The position numbers were made by a program, and so were the translations under genes. From an uncultured Candidatus Solibacter sp. (lineage in GTDB: Bacteria > Acidobacteriota > Terriglobia > Bryobacterales > Bryobacteraceae), in the NCBI GenBank assembly GCA_964478395.1, contig CAYZIX010000002.1, positions 29,761 through 93,760 on the forward strand: a stretch of 64,000 bases of DNA, given 5' to 3'. The notes below the pieces were generated by a model. The model worked only from the letters and a program-made list of their open reading frames with translations, made no database searches and had not been told where the DNA came from. Positions 39,934 to 48,304 of this stretch are shown one piece after another (position 1 is the first letter of the stretch; each line of letters opens with the position of its first letter).

Positions 39934-41156
39934 CCAGCTCTTTTGAGCTCTTCGTCGCCCGGCGCTACCTGCGCGCCAAGCGCAAACACGCAGTCTATTC
40001 GCTGGTGACGGCTGTCTCCGTCATCGGCGTGGCGGCCGGCACTGCGGCTCTGGTCATCGCCCTGGCCATCAACAATGGTTTCCGCACGTCGCTCGAAGAG
40101 AGCCTGCTGGGCGCGACACCGCACGTGGTGCTGCTCGAAAAAGAACCCTCCACCGGCATCGCGGACTGGCGGGCGCTGACAGCCAGGATGGCCAGGCTCG
40201 ACGGCGTGCGCGAGGCCGCGCCCGCGCTCTACGGCAAGGTCATGGCGTCGGGACCGATGCAATCGGCCGAGGCCACGCTCAAGGGCATGCAGCTCGACTC
40301 GCCCGAGTTCCGCGCTCACATCCGCGCGGGCCAGGTAGCTAATCTCAACGACGTGGGCGGGCTGCCGGGCATCGTCATGGGCGCGCAACTGGCGCGCCGG
40401 ATTGGCATGCGGCAGGGAGACGTCGTGCGCATCCTCAGCCCACAAGGCGAGATGACTCCGTTCGGCCTGCGCCCCAAGGAGTACCGCTTCCGTGTGGCGG
40501 CGCTATTCGAATCCGGCTTTTACGACCTGGACAACCAGTTCACCTTCACCACCGTTGAACTGGCGCAACGCGTATTCTCCACGCCCGACGTCGTGAACGC
40601 CATTGAACTGCGCTTGTTCGACGTTGACGCGGCCCCACGCGTGGCCGAAGCGGCCGAAGCGGCCGTCAAGGGCTCCGGCCTGGGCGCAACACATTGGATG
40701 GAGCAAAACCGGCAACTACTGAACGCTCTCCGGCTGGAGCGGATTGTCTCGCTGATCACCATCTCGCTAATTCAGGTGGTGGCCGCGTTAAACATCCTCA
40801 CCGCGCTGTTCATGAGCGTGATGGAGAAGCGGCGTGACATCGCCGTATTGATTTCACTGGGTGCGAGACGCGTGCAAATTGCACGCGTCTTCGTCACACA
40901 GGGACTGCTGATTGCCGTCGCCGGACTGGCCGCCGGTCTTGTGGGCGGCTACGGGCTCTCATATCTTGCCGGGCACTACCACTGGATCTCACTGGACGAA
41001 GAGATCTACTCGCTCTCCTATGTGCCGTTTGAGCCGCGCTTGATGGACGCCGCGTGGATTGCGGCCATGGCCGTGGCCGTGGCGCTTGCGGCGACATTGT
41101 ATCCGGCGCGGGCGGCAACACGCGTTACGCCGGTCGAGACGCTGCGCTACGAGTGA
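39930..41156 (+). CDS. LolC/LolE-like lipoprotein-release ABC permease
   Basis: ARRYLRAK, LESGFYDLD, EKRRDIAVL, YPARAA; GTGA overlap with the lysS stop. Confidence 0.88.
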
Positions 41157-41173
41157 GCGTCCCCGGACCGCGC

Positions 41174-41908
41174 TCAGCCCTTCTTCCGAAGCCGCCGGCC
41201 CAGCAACGACAACCCGATCATCCCGGAACCGATCAGCATTGCGCTGGCAGGTTCAGGAACCGGATCGGCCGGGACACGCGGTTCAGACAGGGACGTTCCG
41301 TACTGGAATTCGACGTCGCTGATGTCGGACAGGCTGAAACCAGCCGGCAAGCCGCTCAGGACGAATGTGACGCTCCCGACAATCTCGGAGTTGCCGGCCA
41401 GTCCGCCATTGGCCTGCGCGGCCGTGTAATTCGGCGTGGCAATGCCATACTGCACACCATCAGGATTGGTAGGTCCCTCAAGATTGGCGCCCGGAAAACG
41501 GTCACTAGGCCCGAACAGACCGAGGCCTGAGCTGCTGATCCCGGTATTGCCGGCAATCAAGGCGCTGGTCACATTCGCGAAGGCCCACTCACCGCCAACC
41601 ACCAGACCGCTTGCGGCCGTCGTCCCACCGCTGTTCACCACGGTGCCGCCCGCGCCCACTGTCGCTGAAACCGGAGTTAACGAGACGCCGTCAGGCAGTG
41701 AAAAGTACACTGCCGTCAGAATGGCCGATGGCACGCCCGACACCGTAGTCGACGTGTTGTTCAGCGTCACAATCAGGTCGTTCCCGCTAATCTCAAACGT
41801 AGCTGCCGCGCTCAGAACCCCACTTGAGCCGGCATACGTAATTGATGCGGGCAATGCGGCGCTGGCCAGCAGGCACGCCAATGCAAGTCCGGTCAAAACC
41901 CTCTTCAT
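41174..41908 (-). CDS. PEP-CTERM exosortase-dependent surface protein
   Basis: Signal peptide, Ser/Gly/Thr-rich body, C-terminal VPEP + TM + RRLRKK; RBS GGAGG. Confidence 0.92.
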   Translation of the reverse strand: MKRVLTGLALACLLASAALPASITYAGSSGVLSAAATFEISGNDLIVTLNNTSTTVSGVPSAILTAVYFSLPDGVSLTPVSATVGAGGTVVNSGGTTAASGLVVGGEWAFANVTSALIAGNTGISSSGLGLFGPSDRFPGANLEGPTNPDGVQYGIATPNYTAAQANGGLAGNSEIVGSVTFVLSGLPAGFSLSDISDVEFQYGTSLSEPRVPADPVPEPASAMLIGSGMIGLSLLGRRLRKKG

Positions 41909-42360
41909 ACATCCTCCCCTTTTCTGGCTGCCCCTCGGCCTCCAGGGCAAGAATAGGGCTTGGATCCAAGTGAGGCACCAGACCGGAATGGCTATACTTT
42001 CGCGGAATTGTTCCAGAACTACGCGCGCCCCGCGAATAGTACCAGCGCCCTGTTTTGACGGCGCAGGGGAGCTGCCGGGCCGGGCAAACGGGCCGTCAGC
42101 GGACTCGCGCACGACTTCGCGCTATCCAGTTTGCAATTTGTTTTTAATTACTTCTGAAACGTGCGGTCGCTTTTGCGATTGCTGACTAAAGTACGGGTAC
42201 TAAAGTCACTCCTCCGCGCGGGCAAACGCGGTACGCCGTCTTGTCACCGGCAGGTAATCAACCGCCGTACTCCGCTTCAAACGATGACTTGAACGGTTTT
42301 TCCGGCGGTCCGGCAAGCGCACCAACCGCCGCTTCACCATATTCGTCCGGCCGCACCGGA

Positions 42361-44295
42361 TTAGCGAACCACGAAATTGTCGAAGTACAGGCGCTGCCAG
42401 CCGCAGCCCAGGCCGGCCAGGCCGGAGCGGTACGTAGCGTCGGTAACCGTCGCCTCGGCGCGGCCGTCCACCAGCACCGTGATGCGGTCAGCCTTCAGGC
42501 TCAGCCCCAGGCGATGCCAGGCGCCTGCTTTCAGCTTGGCTTGACCCTGGCCAATCACACGCGCTTGCGTGCCCAGCGTCCAGGCCCCTTTTCCGTCCAG
42601 CTTCAGCACGTAGCCGACGGGCAACTCGGTCTTAGTGCCGACATTCCCGATACGGCCAAAAACAGTTGCCGTGGACTGGCCGTCAAAACGGGCGTCCACT
42701 TCCACCCGGTAGTCGGTCCAACGCGCGTCGCCCATCACGGTATAGGGCTCCGGATTCACGTGGAAGCGCCATTCGATGCCCTTGGCCGGCACCATCTGGC
42801 GCAGGCAGCCACCGGCGCAGTCCGGGCACGGCACGTGTTCGAAGACACCGGATTGATCGATGAAATAACGCGCCAGATTGCCGGCCTCAGGCGTGTCGAA
42901 GCGGTCCGCGTAAGGCAACGCCAGCGCGCGGCTATCCGGCGGCGCCAGCTCCGCGCCGCCCTTGCACTGACCGGTGGTGGTGGAGAGCGTGTAAATGGAT
43001 TCCGGTTCCAGCCGAATACGCAGCACGCCGTTTTCGGCCTGGATCGGCTTCATCTCCACGAATTGCGCCTGGGAATTCGATTTCCAGACGTGGACCGTCT
43101 TGTTCGGGAACCCTTCGCTCAGATGGAAGACCAACTCCTGCGGCCGGCCCACCTGGACGATGTACGGCGAGCCCATGGTCTCCACCACCACACTGAAATC
43201 CTGGTGGTCCGGGCTGAGCAGCGTGACATAGCTGCCAAACTCCTTGAGCAGACCGCAGGCCGGGTCCAGGTAGCGCCAGCCGGGCGCGGTAAATTGCGTG
43301 GTGTGCGCGGCAGCCCAGATGGCGGGCTGAACTTCGTAGTGGCCGGACCATGGCTCGTTGGCGCGCATCAGTCCGGAGCCCGGCAGCGGCAGCACATCGT
43401 AGTAGCTGCCCACCACGGACCACGTGATGAAGCGCGTCATCTTTCCGCTGATGTACGACCGGTTGTAGAGCTGCGCCAGCTTCGTCGCCGCGTGCCAGTC
43501 GCCGGCCCAGGGCCCATCCTCGGTGGCCCACAACGGCTTGCCCGTGCGTTTGGCCACGCCGGAGCTTTCGTAGGAGACGTAATGGTCGCCAATCGCGTAG
43601 ATGGCGCGCATCAATTCGGGGTCTTTTTCCGCCGCCGTGGCAATCTTCCAGCGCCACTCCTCGCCGGTCTGGTCGGCGGCGCCGATTTTGACGCGCGCCA
43701 GGCCCGCCCCGTCCAGCGTGCGGCGCAGTAGCTTGATCCATTCGGCGTCATAGGGGGTCTCGTTCCAAATACCCTGGTAGGCGATCTCCACACCAAAGGC
43801 CGCCTTCATGGCGTGATGAAACGCGGCGATGAAATCGGCGTTGTCCTGCGAGTAGAACTTGCCGGAGCCGATCCAGCCCGGCGCGCCCCACTGCAACGAG
43901 TCAAATAGAATGCCGGGCGAGCGCCGCCGCGCCTCCTGCATCAGCCAACCCTCATAGCCGCGCGTAATCAATTTCGCCGCATCGGCCAGCTCCTCGCGAG
44001 TGTGGGCGAAAGCGGGCTCCGTGCCGCACGTGGAGTTCACGTCGCCGCCGATCTCCACTTTCAAGTGCTGCAAGCTGGCGCCGTACTTGGGCTTGAACAG
44101 CATGTCCAGAATCTGGCTGCGCTGCGGCTCTGGATAGTCGGTCAGCAGGCGCGAGGAGGCTCCGGCGCTCAGCGCGCCAATACCTTCGTAGACGCGGCCC
44201 GGGCTATCCAGCCGCAGCGTCACCTCCTGCGCGGCCAGCGCGCCGGACAGCGCGAGCAAACCGGTAGCCATGATCCGGACAAACATTGGGGGCAC
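42361..44295 (-). CDS. GH59 galactosylceramidase-like glycoside hydrolase with C-terminal lectin-like domain
   Basis: SAGASSRLLTDY, HLKVEIGGDVNST, GIWNET, LWATED, LMRANEPWSGHY. Confidence 0.9.
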   Translation of the reverse strand: MPPMFVRIMATGLLALSGALAAQEVTLRLDSPGRVYEGIGALSAGASSRLLTDYPEPQRSQILDMLFKPKYGASLQHLKVEIGGDVNSTCGTEPAFAHTREELADAAKLITRGYEGWLMQEARRRSPGILFDSLQWGAPGWIGSGKFYSQDNADFIAAFHHAMKAAFGVEIAYQGIWNETPYDAEWIKLLRRTLDGAGLARVKIGAADQTGEEWRWKIATAAEKDPELMRAIYAIGDHYVSYESSGVAKRTGKPLWATEDGPWAGDWHAATKLAQLYNRSYISGKMTRFITWSVVGSYYDVLPLPGSGLMRANEPWSGHYEVQPAIWAAAHTTQFTAPGWRYLDPACGLLKEFGSYVTLLSPDHQDFSVVVETMGSPYIVQVGRPQELVFHLSEGFPNKTVHVWKSNSQAQFVEMKPIQAENGVLRIRLEPESIYTLSTTTGQCKGGAELAPPDSRALALPYADRFDTPEAGNLARYFIDQSGVFEHVPCPDCAGGCLRQMVPAKGIEWRFHVNPEPYTVMGDARWTDYRVEVDARFDGQSTATVFGRIGNVGTKTELPVGYVLKLDGKGAWTLGTQARVIGQGQAKLKAGAWHRLGLSLKADRITVLVDGRAEATVTDATYRSGLAGLGCGWQRLYFDNFVVR

Positions 44296-44382
44296 AGAAA
44301 ACTCCTCAGTCGGGCAAGCTCAATTCTATTTCACGGCGCCAGCCAACGTGCGCGGCCTTAAAATACCGGGCCAGTTCGACTC

Positions 44383-44423
44383 TTGACACGAGCCTTTCCG
44401 GCCGGAGATACTTCCGGTATCTC
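44383..44423 (+). promoter_or_regulatory. Sigma70-type promoter with overlapping inverted repeat
   Basis: TTGACA (44383) N18 GATACT; perfect IR GAGATAC-N5-GTATCTC (44405-44423) over the -10 box. Confidence 0.55.
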
Positions 44424-44528
44424 ACCGCTGCCGGTGCCCGGCTCTCGCGAGTGCGCCCTCCGCAGCGTCACACCGGCTGCCACCCCGTCAAAATCCAAGT
44501 GAGTTCCTCCTAAGGAGTTCGATCATAC

Positions 44529-45809
44529 ATGCACTCAAACTGTGCGGTGACTCGTCCAGTCCCCGGCGTCGCGTTTCTGCTCACCGTTGCACTGGGCGTC
44601 ACGCTGCCTTGCCAGGCCCAGCAGGTTTCACGTGGCGAGGCTGTGCCTCTCCGGAACTGGAGTCTGGCGGAGAGGTCGGTTGACGCCGCCCTGGCGTCGG
44701 AAAACACCGCCACAAGCGCGGTAAAAGGCCTCATATTCATCGCCGTATCGCCTTGCCGCATGGCGGACACGCGAGCCGATTCCGGCAAGACGGGCATCTT
44801 CGGCGCGCCCGGGCTGAAGTCGATGGTAGCGCGCAGAATCATCGTTCCCCAGTCGAGCTGCGGCCTGCCGGCGGCTGCCGCTTATTCCTTGAATATCGTC
44901 TCGGTCAGCGCGGCCGGCGCGTCGGTCGGCTGGGTCGCCGCATGGTCTGGCGACATCGCCAATTGGCCCGGCACGGTGGTGCTGAACGCTCCGCAGGGAG
45001 GAGTGGTCAACGCCTCGGCGGTGGTTGCGGCGGGAACCGACGGCAGCATCCAGGTGCTCGCATCGTCCGACACCGATCTGGTGATCGACGTGAACGGGTA
45101 CTGGGTTCAGCAGTCGGCGCTGAACTTCCGTGGAGCCTGGAGCCGGACCGTCGCCTACAGCGCTGGTGACGTCGTGACGGCGCATGACGGGGTCTGGTAT
45201 TCCTCCTCGACGTCGGCCTACGTCGCCGTTACCGCCAACACCGGTCTCGATCCCCAATACAACTGGGGTACCGGCAATGCGGCTTGGACGATGCTGGCCT
45301 CTGCCGGTTCGCCGGGCGATGTCGGCGCCACCGGCCCGCAAGGGCCTGCCGGGCCTACAGGAGCCACCGGCGCCACTGGACCACAAGGCCCGGTCGGACC
45401 GGCGGGACCGGCGGCCACGACGGCAGGCTACCTGCTGACGTCCAATCTCTACACCACCAACACTGTGTATCCGATGTACCTGCCGCTCAGCGGCACCATG
45501 GACCCTTCGGCAGGTAATAACACGTTCACCGCGCGGGCCACCATCATGCCGGCCGCCTGCACAATCAAGAAGCTGTACATCTTCGACGGCGCCGATTCAA
45601 CAGTCAGTGCGGGAGTGCGCGTCTACCGCTCGGTTGCCGGGACCGGGACACCCACCGATACGGGGATTCTCGCGGTCTCCAACTTCGGTCACGGCGCCTC
45701 CACGGCCGCCAGCGTGGATCTCGCGGCTGGCGATACGCTCGCCTTCTACGTGACGCCAGGCGCCCCAGGCGGGACCATGGCGCTCACCATCGGATTGCTC
45801 TGCCAGTAG
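44529..45809 (+). CDS. Secreted collagen-like repeat protein
   Basis: Signal peptide, PCRMADTR...DVNGY domain, FRGAW...YSAGDVV module, 12 Gly-X-Y triplets, C-terminal beta-rich domain. Confidence 0.8.
   Translation: MHSNCAVTRPVPGVAFLLTVALGVTLPCQAQQVSRGEAVPLRNWSLAERSVDAALASENTATSAVKGLIFIAVSPCRMADTRADSGKTGIFGAPGLKSMVARRIIVPQSSCGLPAAAAYSLNIVSVSAAGASVGWVAAWSGDIANWPGTVVLNAPQGGVVNASAVVAAGTDGSIQVLASSDTDLVIDVNGYWVQQSALNFRGAWSRTVAYSAGDVVTAHDGVWYSSSTSAYVAVTANTGLDPQYNWGTGNAAWTMLASAGSPGDVGATGPQGPAGPTGATGATGPQGPVGPAGPAATTAGYLLTSNLYTTNTVYPMYLPLSGTMDPSAGNNTFTARATIMPAACTIKKLYIFDGADSTVSAGVRVYRSVAGTGTPTDTGILAVSNFGHGASTAASVDLAAGDTLAFYVTPGAPGGTMALTIGLLCQ
45306..45413 (+). repeat. Collagen (Gly-X-Y)12 coding repeat
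   Basis: GSP GDV GAT GPQ GPA GPT GAT GAT GPQ GPV GPA GPA. Confidence 0.9.
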
Positions 45810-45939
45810 CCGGCGGCCGGGACTCCGGCGCCGGACGGAATAATCGCCATAAGCCCCGGCTAGACCATTTTCCGGATGATTGTAATTGGCAAGCTGAGCC
45901 GGGCCAGACGCTAAAGCATTGAATCAAAAACGCTTTTGA

Positions 45940-46048
45940 CCCCGGGCGTGAGCCCGGGGCTGCGTCCTGGTACGACAATCTCTTTGAAAACGGTCCAGGC
46001 CATCTTCAGAGAAACTGTCGTGGCGGACGAAAGCCCCGGGCTTCAGCC
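45940..46048. repeat. Inverted pair of REP-like hairpins
   Basis: CCCCGGGC-GTGA-GCCCGGGG (45940-45959) and a decayed inverted copy AGCCCCGGGCTTCAGCC (46032-46048); the shared 11-bp arms are perfect inverted repeats. Confidence 0.55.
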
Positions 46049-46059
46049 TTTGTTTTGAC

Positions 46060-46241
46060 CCAACGCTTGAGCGTTGAGCTTGCCTCGGGTGGCCCAACTC
46101 CTCGAACATACGCCGCTCCGCACCGCAAATGACGGCGGTTTCACGGGCATAATGGCCATGCTTAAAGGCGTTCGTGGCAGAGCGGGCCTTGCTGCTTTTC
46201 ATTTTCGGGCCACGCGATATTGTAGTGTGGCCGATCTGCAC
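46060..46241 (-). pseudogene. Remnant of a 'GPKT..GK..S..NA.KHG' family gene
   Basis: SRGPKMKSSKARSATNAFKHGHYARETAVI motif, after which the frame runs into the REP hairpins. Confidence 0.35.
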
Positions 46242-46615
46242 AATCTATAGATCGAGTCGCCGTCATGTGGAAGCCCGTTGCGGAAAGCCGACTTGGTGGT
46301 CCCGATCTAGGGCTTTGTACGGGTGGGCGACGATCCGGCCGGAGCAGTAGCCCTTTAACCAGAAGCGCCAGAATCCTCGGGCGCTATCAGGCGATCGAGG
46401 TGCTCCTGCCTGAATTCTGATCTGAATCGGATCGGAATGGTGACCTTCTTCAGTGGATTCCTAAACGTGGCGCGCGCGTACCGATTTATAATGAGCTTGC
46501 CCTCTAGGCGCCTGAAATCGATCCGGGAGCTTGTAGTGCAAAAGGCCTTAGACAACTGCGTGATCATTACCGCAGCCGCGCTTGAAATACAACATACATA
46601 TAGGAGGAAATAGCG

Positions 46616-47656
46616 ATGGCAAAGAGACCCGTTCCCACGAAGGCGTCAGCGCCGAAAGCCGTTGTACCCAGATATCCAAGAAACACGCTTGAAAAGGTCT
46701 TGAGGATCCCCAAGGCAATCCTCGACCAAAATGCGGGGAAGGAATGCTCGGACAAAGACATCGCAACCTTCCTCGGCATTAAGTACAATAAGGGTCCCTT
46801 CGCGCTCGAACTCAGCTCCGCCATCAAGTTCGGTTTGCTCGAACGGCCATCAGCCGGCCGCATTGCAGTCTCAGATCTGGCGAAGAAGATCCTCCGCCCG
46901 CAGAAAGAGCAGGAGGAACTTGCCGGCCTACGCGAAGCCGTGCTGATGGCTCCTGAAATCTCGACGGTTTACAGCCACTATCGCGGCGAGAACCTGCCGG
47001 ACATGCAGTTCTTTGACAACGCCCTTGTCGACAAGTTTGGCATCCCGAAAGACAAGGCCGCAGAATTCAAAGTGATCTTTTTCGACACGCTCAACACCGC
47101 AAAGTTGATCGAGGAGCATAACGGTAAGCAGCGCCTTATCGATGTATCGGGCGACGTGCCCGTCGGCAGTTCAGGCTCTACCGCCGTCCTGAAGAAGCTT
47201 GAAAAATCCGTGACCATTGCCGCAGGCGATTCCTGCTTCGTCATGATGCCCTTCGCTGCCCCGCTAGGGACATATTACGAGAAAGTCTACAAGCCCGCCA
47301 TCGAGAAGGCGGGCCTCAAGCCGGTCCGGGCCGATGCAGAAATATTCGGTACCGGCAAAATTATGGACCAGGTATGGTCGGGCATAAACGCTGCCAAGGT
47401 CCTCGTCGCCGAAATGACCACACGCAACCCGAACGTCTTCTATGAGTTGGGCCTCGCACATGCCCTGAAGAAGCCAGTCGTCCTCGTGTCATCTAACGAA
47501 GTCGACGTGCCTTTTGACCTCAAACATATCCGCGTCATTTATTACGATGTAAACGATCCGTTCTGGGGGAACAAGCTATTGGACAAGGTCGCGGAGAACA
47601 TTCTGTCAGCGATCCAACACCCGGAGGAAGCAGTTTTCAAGGGAGAAGGCGAGTAG
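46616..47656 (+). CDS. Winged-helix-like N-domain + nucleoside 2-deoxyribosyltransferase/TIR-like C-domain protein
   Basis: C-terminal CFVMMPF...VRAD...IMDQVWSGI...LVAEMTTRNPNVFYELGLAHALKKPVVLV...PFDL; strong RBS AGGAGG; ~50% GC in spot counts. Confidence 0.8.
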   Translation: MAKRPVPTKASAPKAVVPRYPRNTLEKVLRIPKAILDQNAGKECSDKDIATFLGIKYNKGPFALELSSAIKFGLLERPSAGRIAVSDLAKKILRPQKEQEELAGLREAVLMAPEISTVYSHYRGENLPDMQFFDNALVDKFGIPKDKAAEFKVIFFDTLNTAKLIEEHNGKQRLIDVSGDVPVGSSGSTAVLKKLEKSVTIAAGDSCFVMMPFAAPLGTYYEKVYKPAIEKAGLKPVRADAEIFGTGKIMDQVWSGINAAKVLVAEMTTRNPNVFYELGLAHALKKPVVLVSSNEVDVPFDLKHIRVIYYDVNDPFWGNKLLDKVAENILSAIQHPEEAVFKGEGE

Positions 47657-47871
47657 AGTCCCTGGATACATGATCAGCCGCCGTTGTGCAGCGCATGGCC
47701 TGGCGTTATCCCGCAGTTCGGAGCGGGAAACGAACCATTCAGAGAAAGCCCCATACATACCGACAGCAGAAACCACGAACGAGAAACCCCCTTCTGCCCG
47801 CTAATCGGTGAGGGAACGGAGCTCGGGGCCAGCGACCTGAGCAGATCCAGTCTGCAAGTCTCACGCTCCGA

Positions 47872-47890
47872 CGTACAGGAGTCCTGTACG
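47872..47890. promoter_or_regulatory. TA operator palindrome
   Basis: CGTACAGGA-G-TCCTGTACG perfect IR overlapping a TACGAT -10-like box, 17 nt before the yefM ATG. Confidence 0.75.
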
Positions 47891-47907
47891 ATTGAACCGG
47901 GGAATCC

Positions 47908-48195
47908 ATGCCGAGTGAAACGACGTATAGCAGCCTGCGCGCGAACCTGGCTACTGCGCTCGACCAGGTGGTAGATCAGCAGGACACCGTGATCATACGC
48001 CGGAGAGGAGCGCGCGACGTCGCCCTGATGCCCGCATCCGAACTCGCCGGGCTAATGGAAACCGCGCATCTGCTGCGCTCCCCCCGCAACGCACGCCGCC
48101 TGATGACGGCGCTGCACCGCGCAGAGGCTGGCCACGTCAAACCGGGAACCACTGCCGCATTGCGTAAAGAGATGCTCGGTGAAGCAGCATCCTAG
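47908..48195 (+). CDS. yefM: Phd/YefM antitoxin
   Basis: TYSSLRANLATALDQV...TVIIRRRG..DVALM...LMETAHLLRSPRNARRLMTAL. Confidence 0.92.
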   Translation: MPSETTYSSLRANLATALDQVVDQQDTVIIRRRGARDVALMPASELAGLMETAHLLRSPRNARRLMTALHRAEAGHVKPGTTAALRKEMLGEAAS

Positions 48196-48304
48196 CCGGG
48201 CCGCCCTGTTTCAGCCGGAGTTCCTTCAAGATCTGCGGTTCTGGGGGAAGAGCGAACGGAGCGTTGCAGTCCGCGCCCTCCCTCTGGTTTTGGCTAGGCG
48301 GTGA
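48179..48304 (+). pseudogene. yoeB: Truncated Txe/YoeB toxin
   Basis: Manual translation from GTG 48179: MKQHPSRAALFQPEFLQDLRFWGKSERSVAVRALPLVLARR* (41 aa). This is the YoeB N-terminal helix region only; the catalytic C-terminal half is missing. Confidence 0.75.

Noticed and set aside
41909-42360. oriC in the AT-rich intergenic region
   Set aside because: No TTATCCACA-like box cluster and no dnaA/dnaN/gidA nearby; only the skew observation is kept.
46340-46600. Possible decayed gene upstream of the wHTH-NDT gene (e.g. frame ILGRYQAIEVLLPEF*...DLLQWIPKRG)
   Set aside because: Several short frames with stops and no recognisable family; cannot be supported without a search.
48245-48304. Frameshift in yoeB at the G-run
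   Set aside because: On recount the run keeps the frame (TGG GGG AAG); the gene is truncated, not frameshifted.
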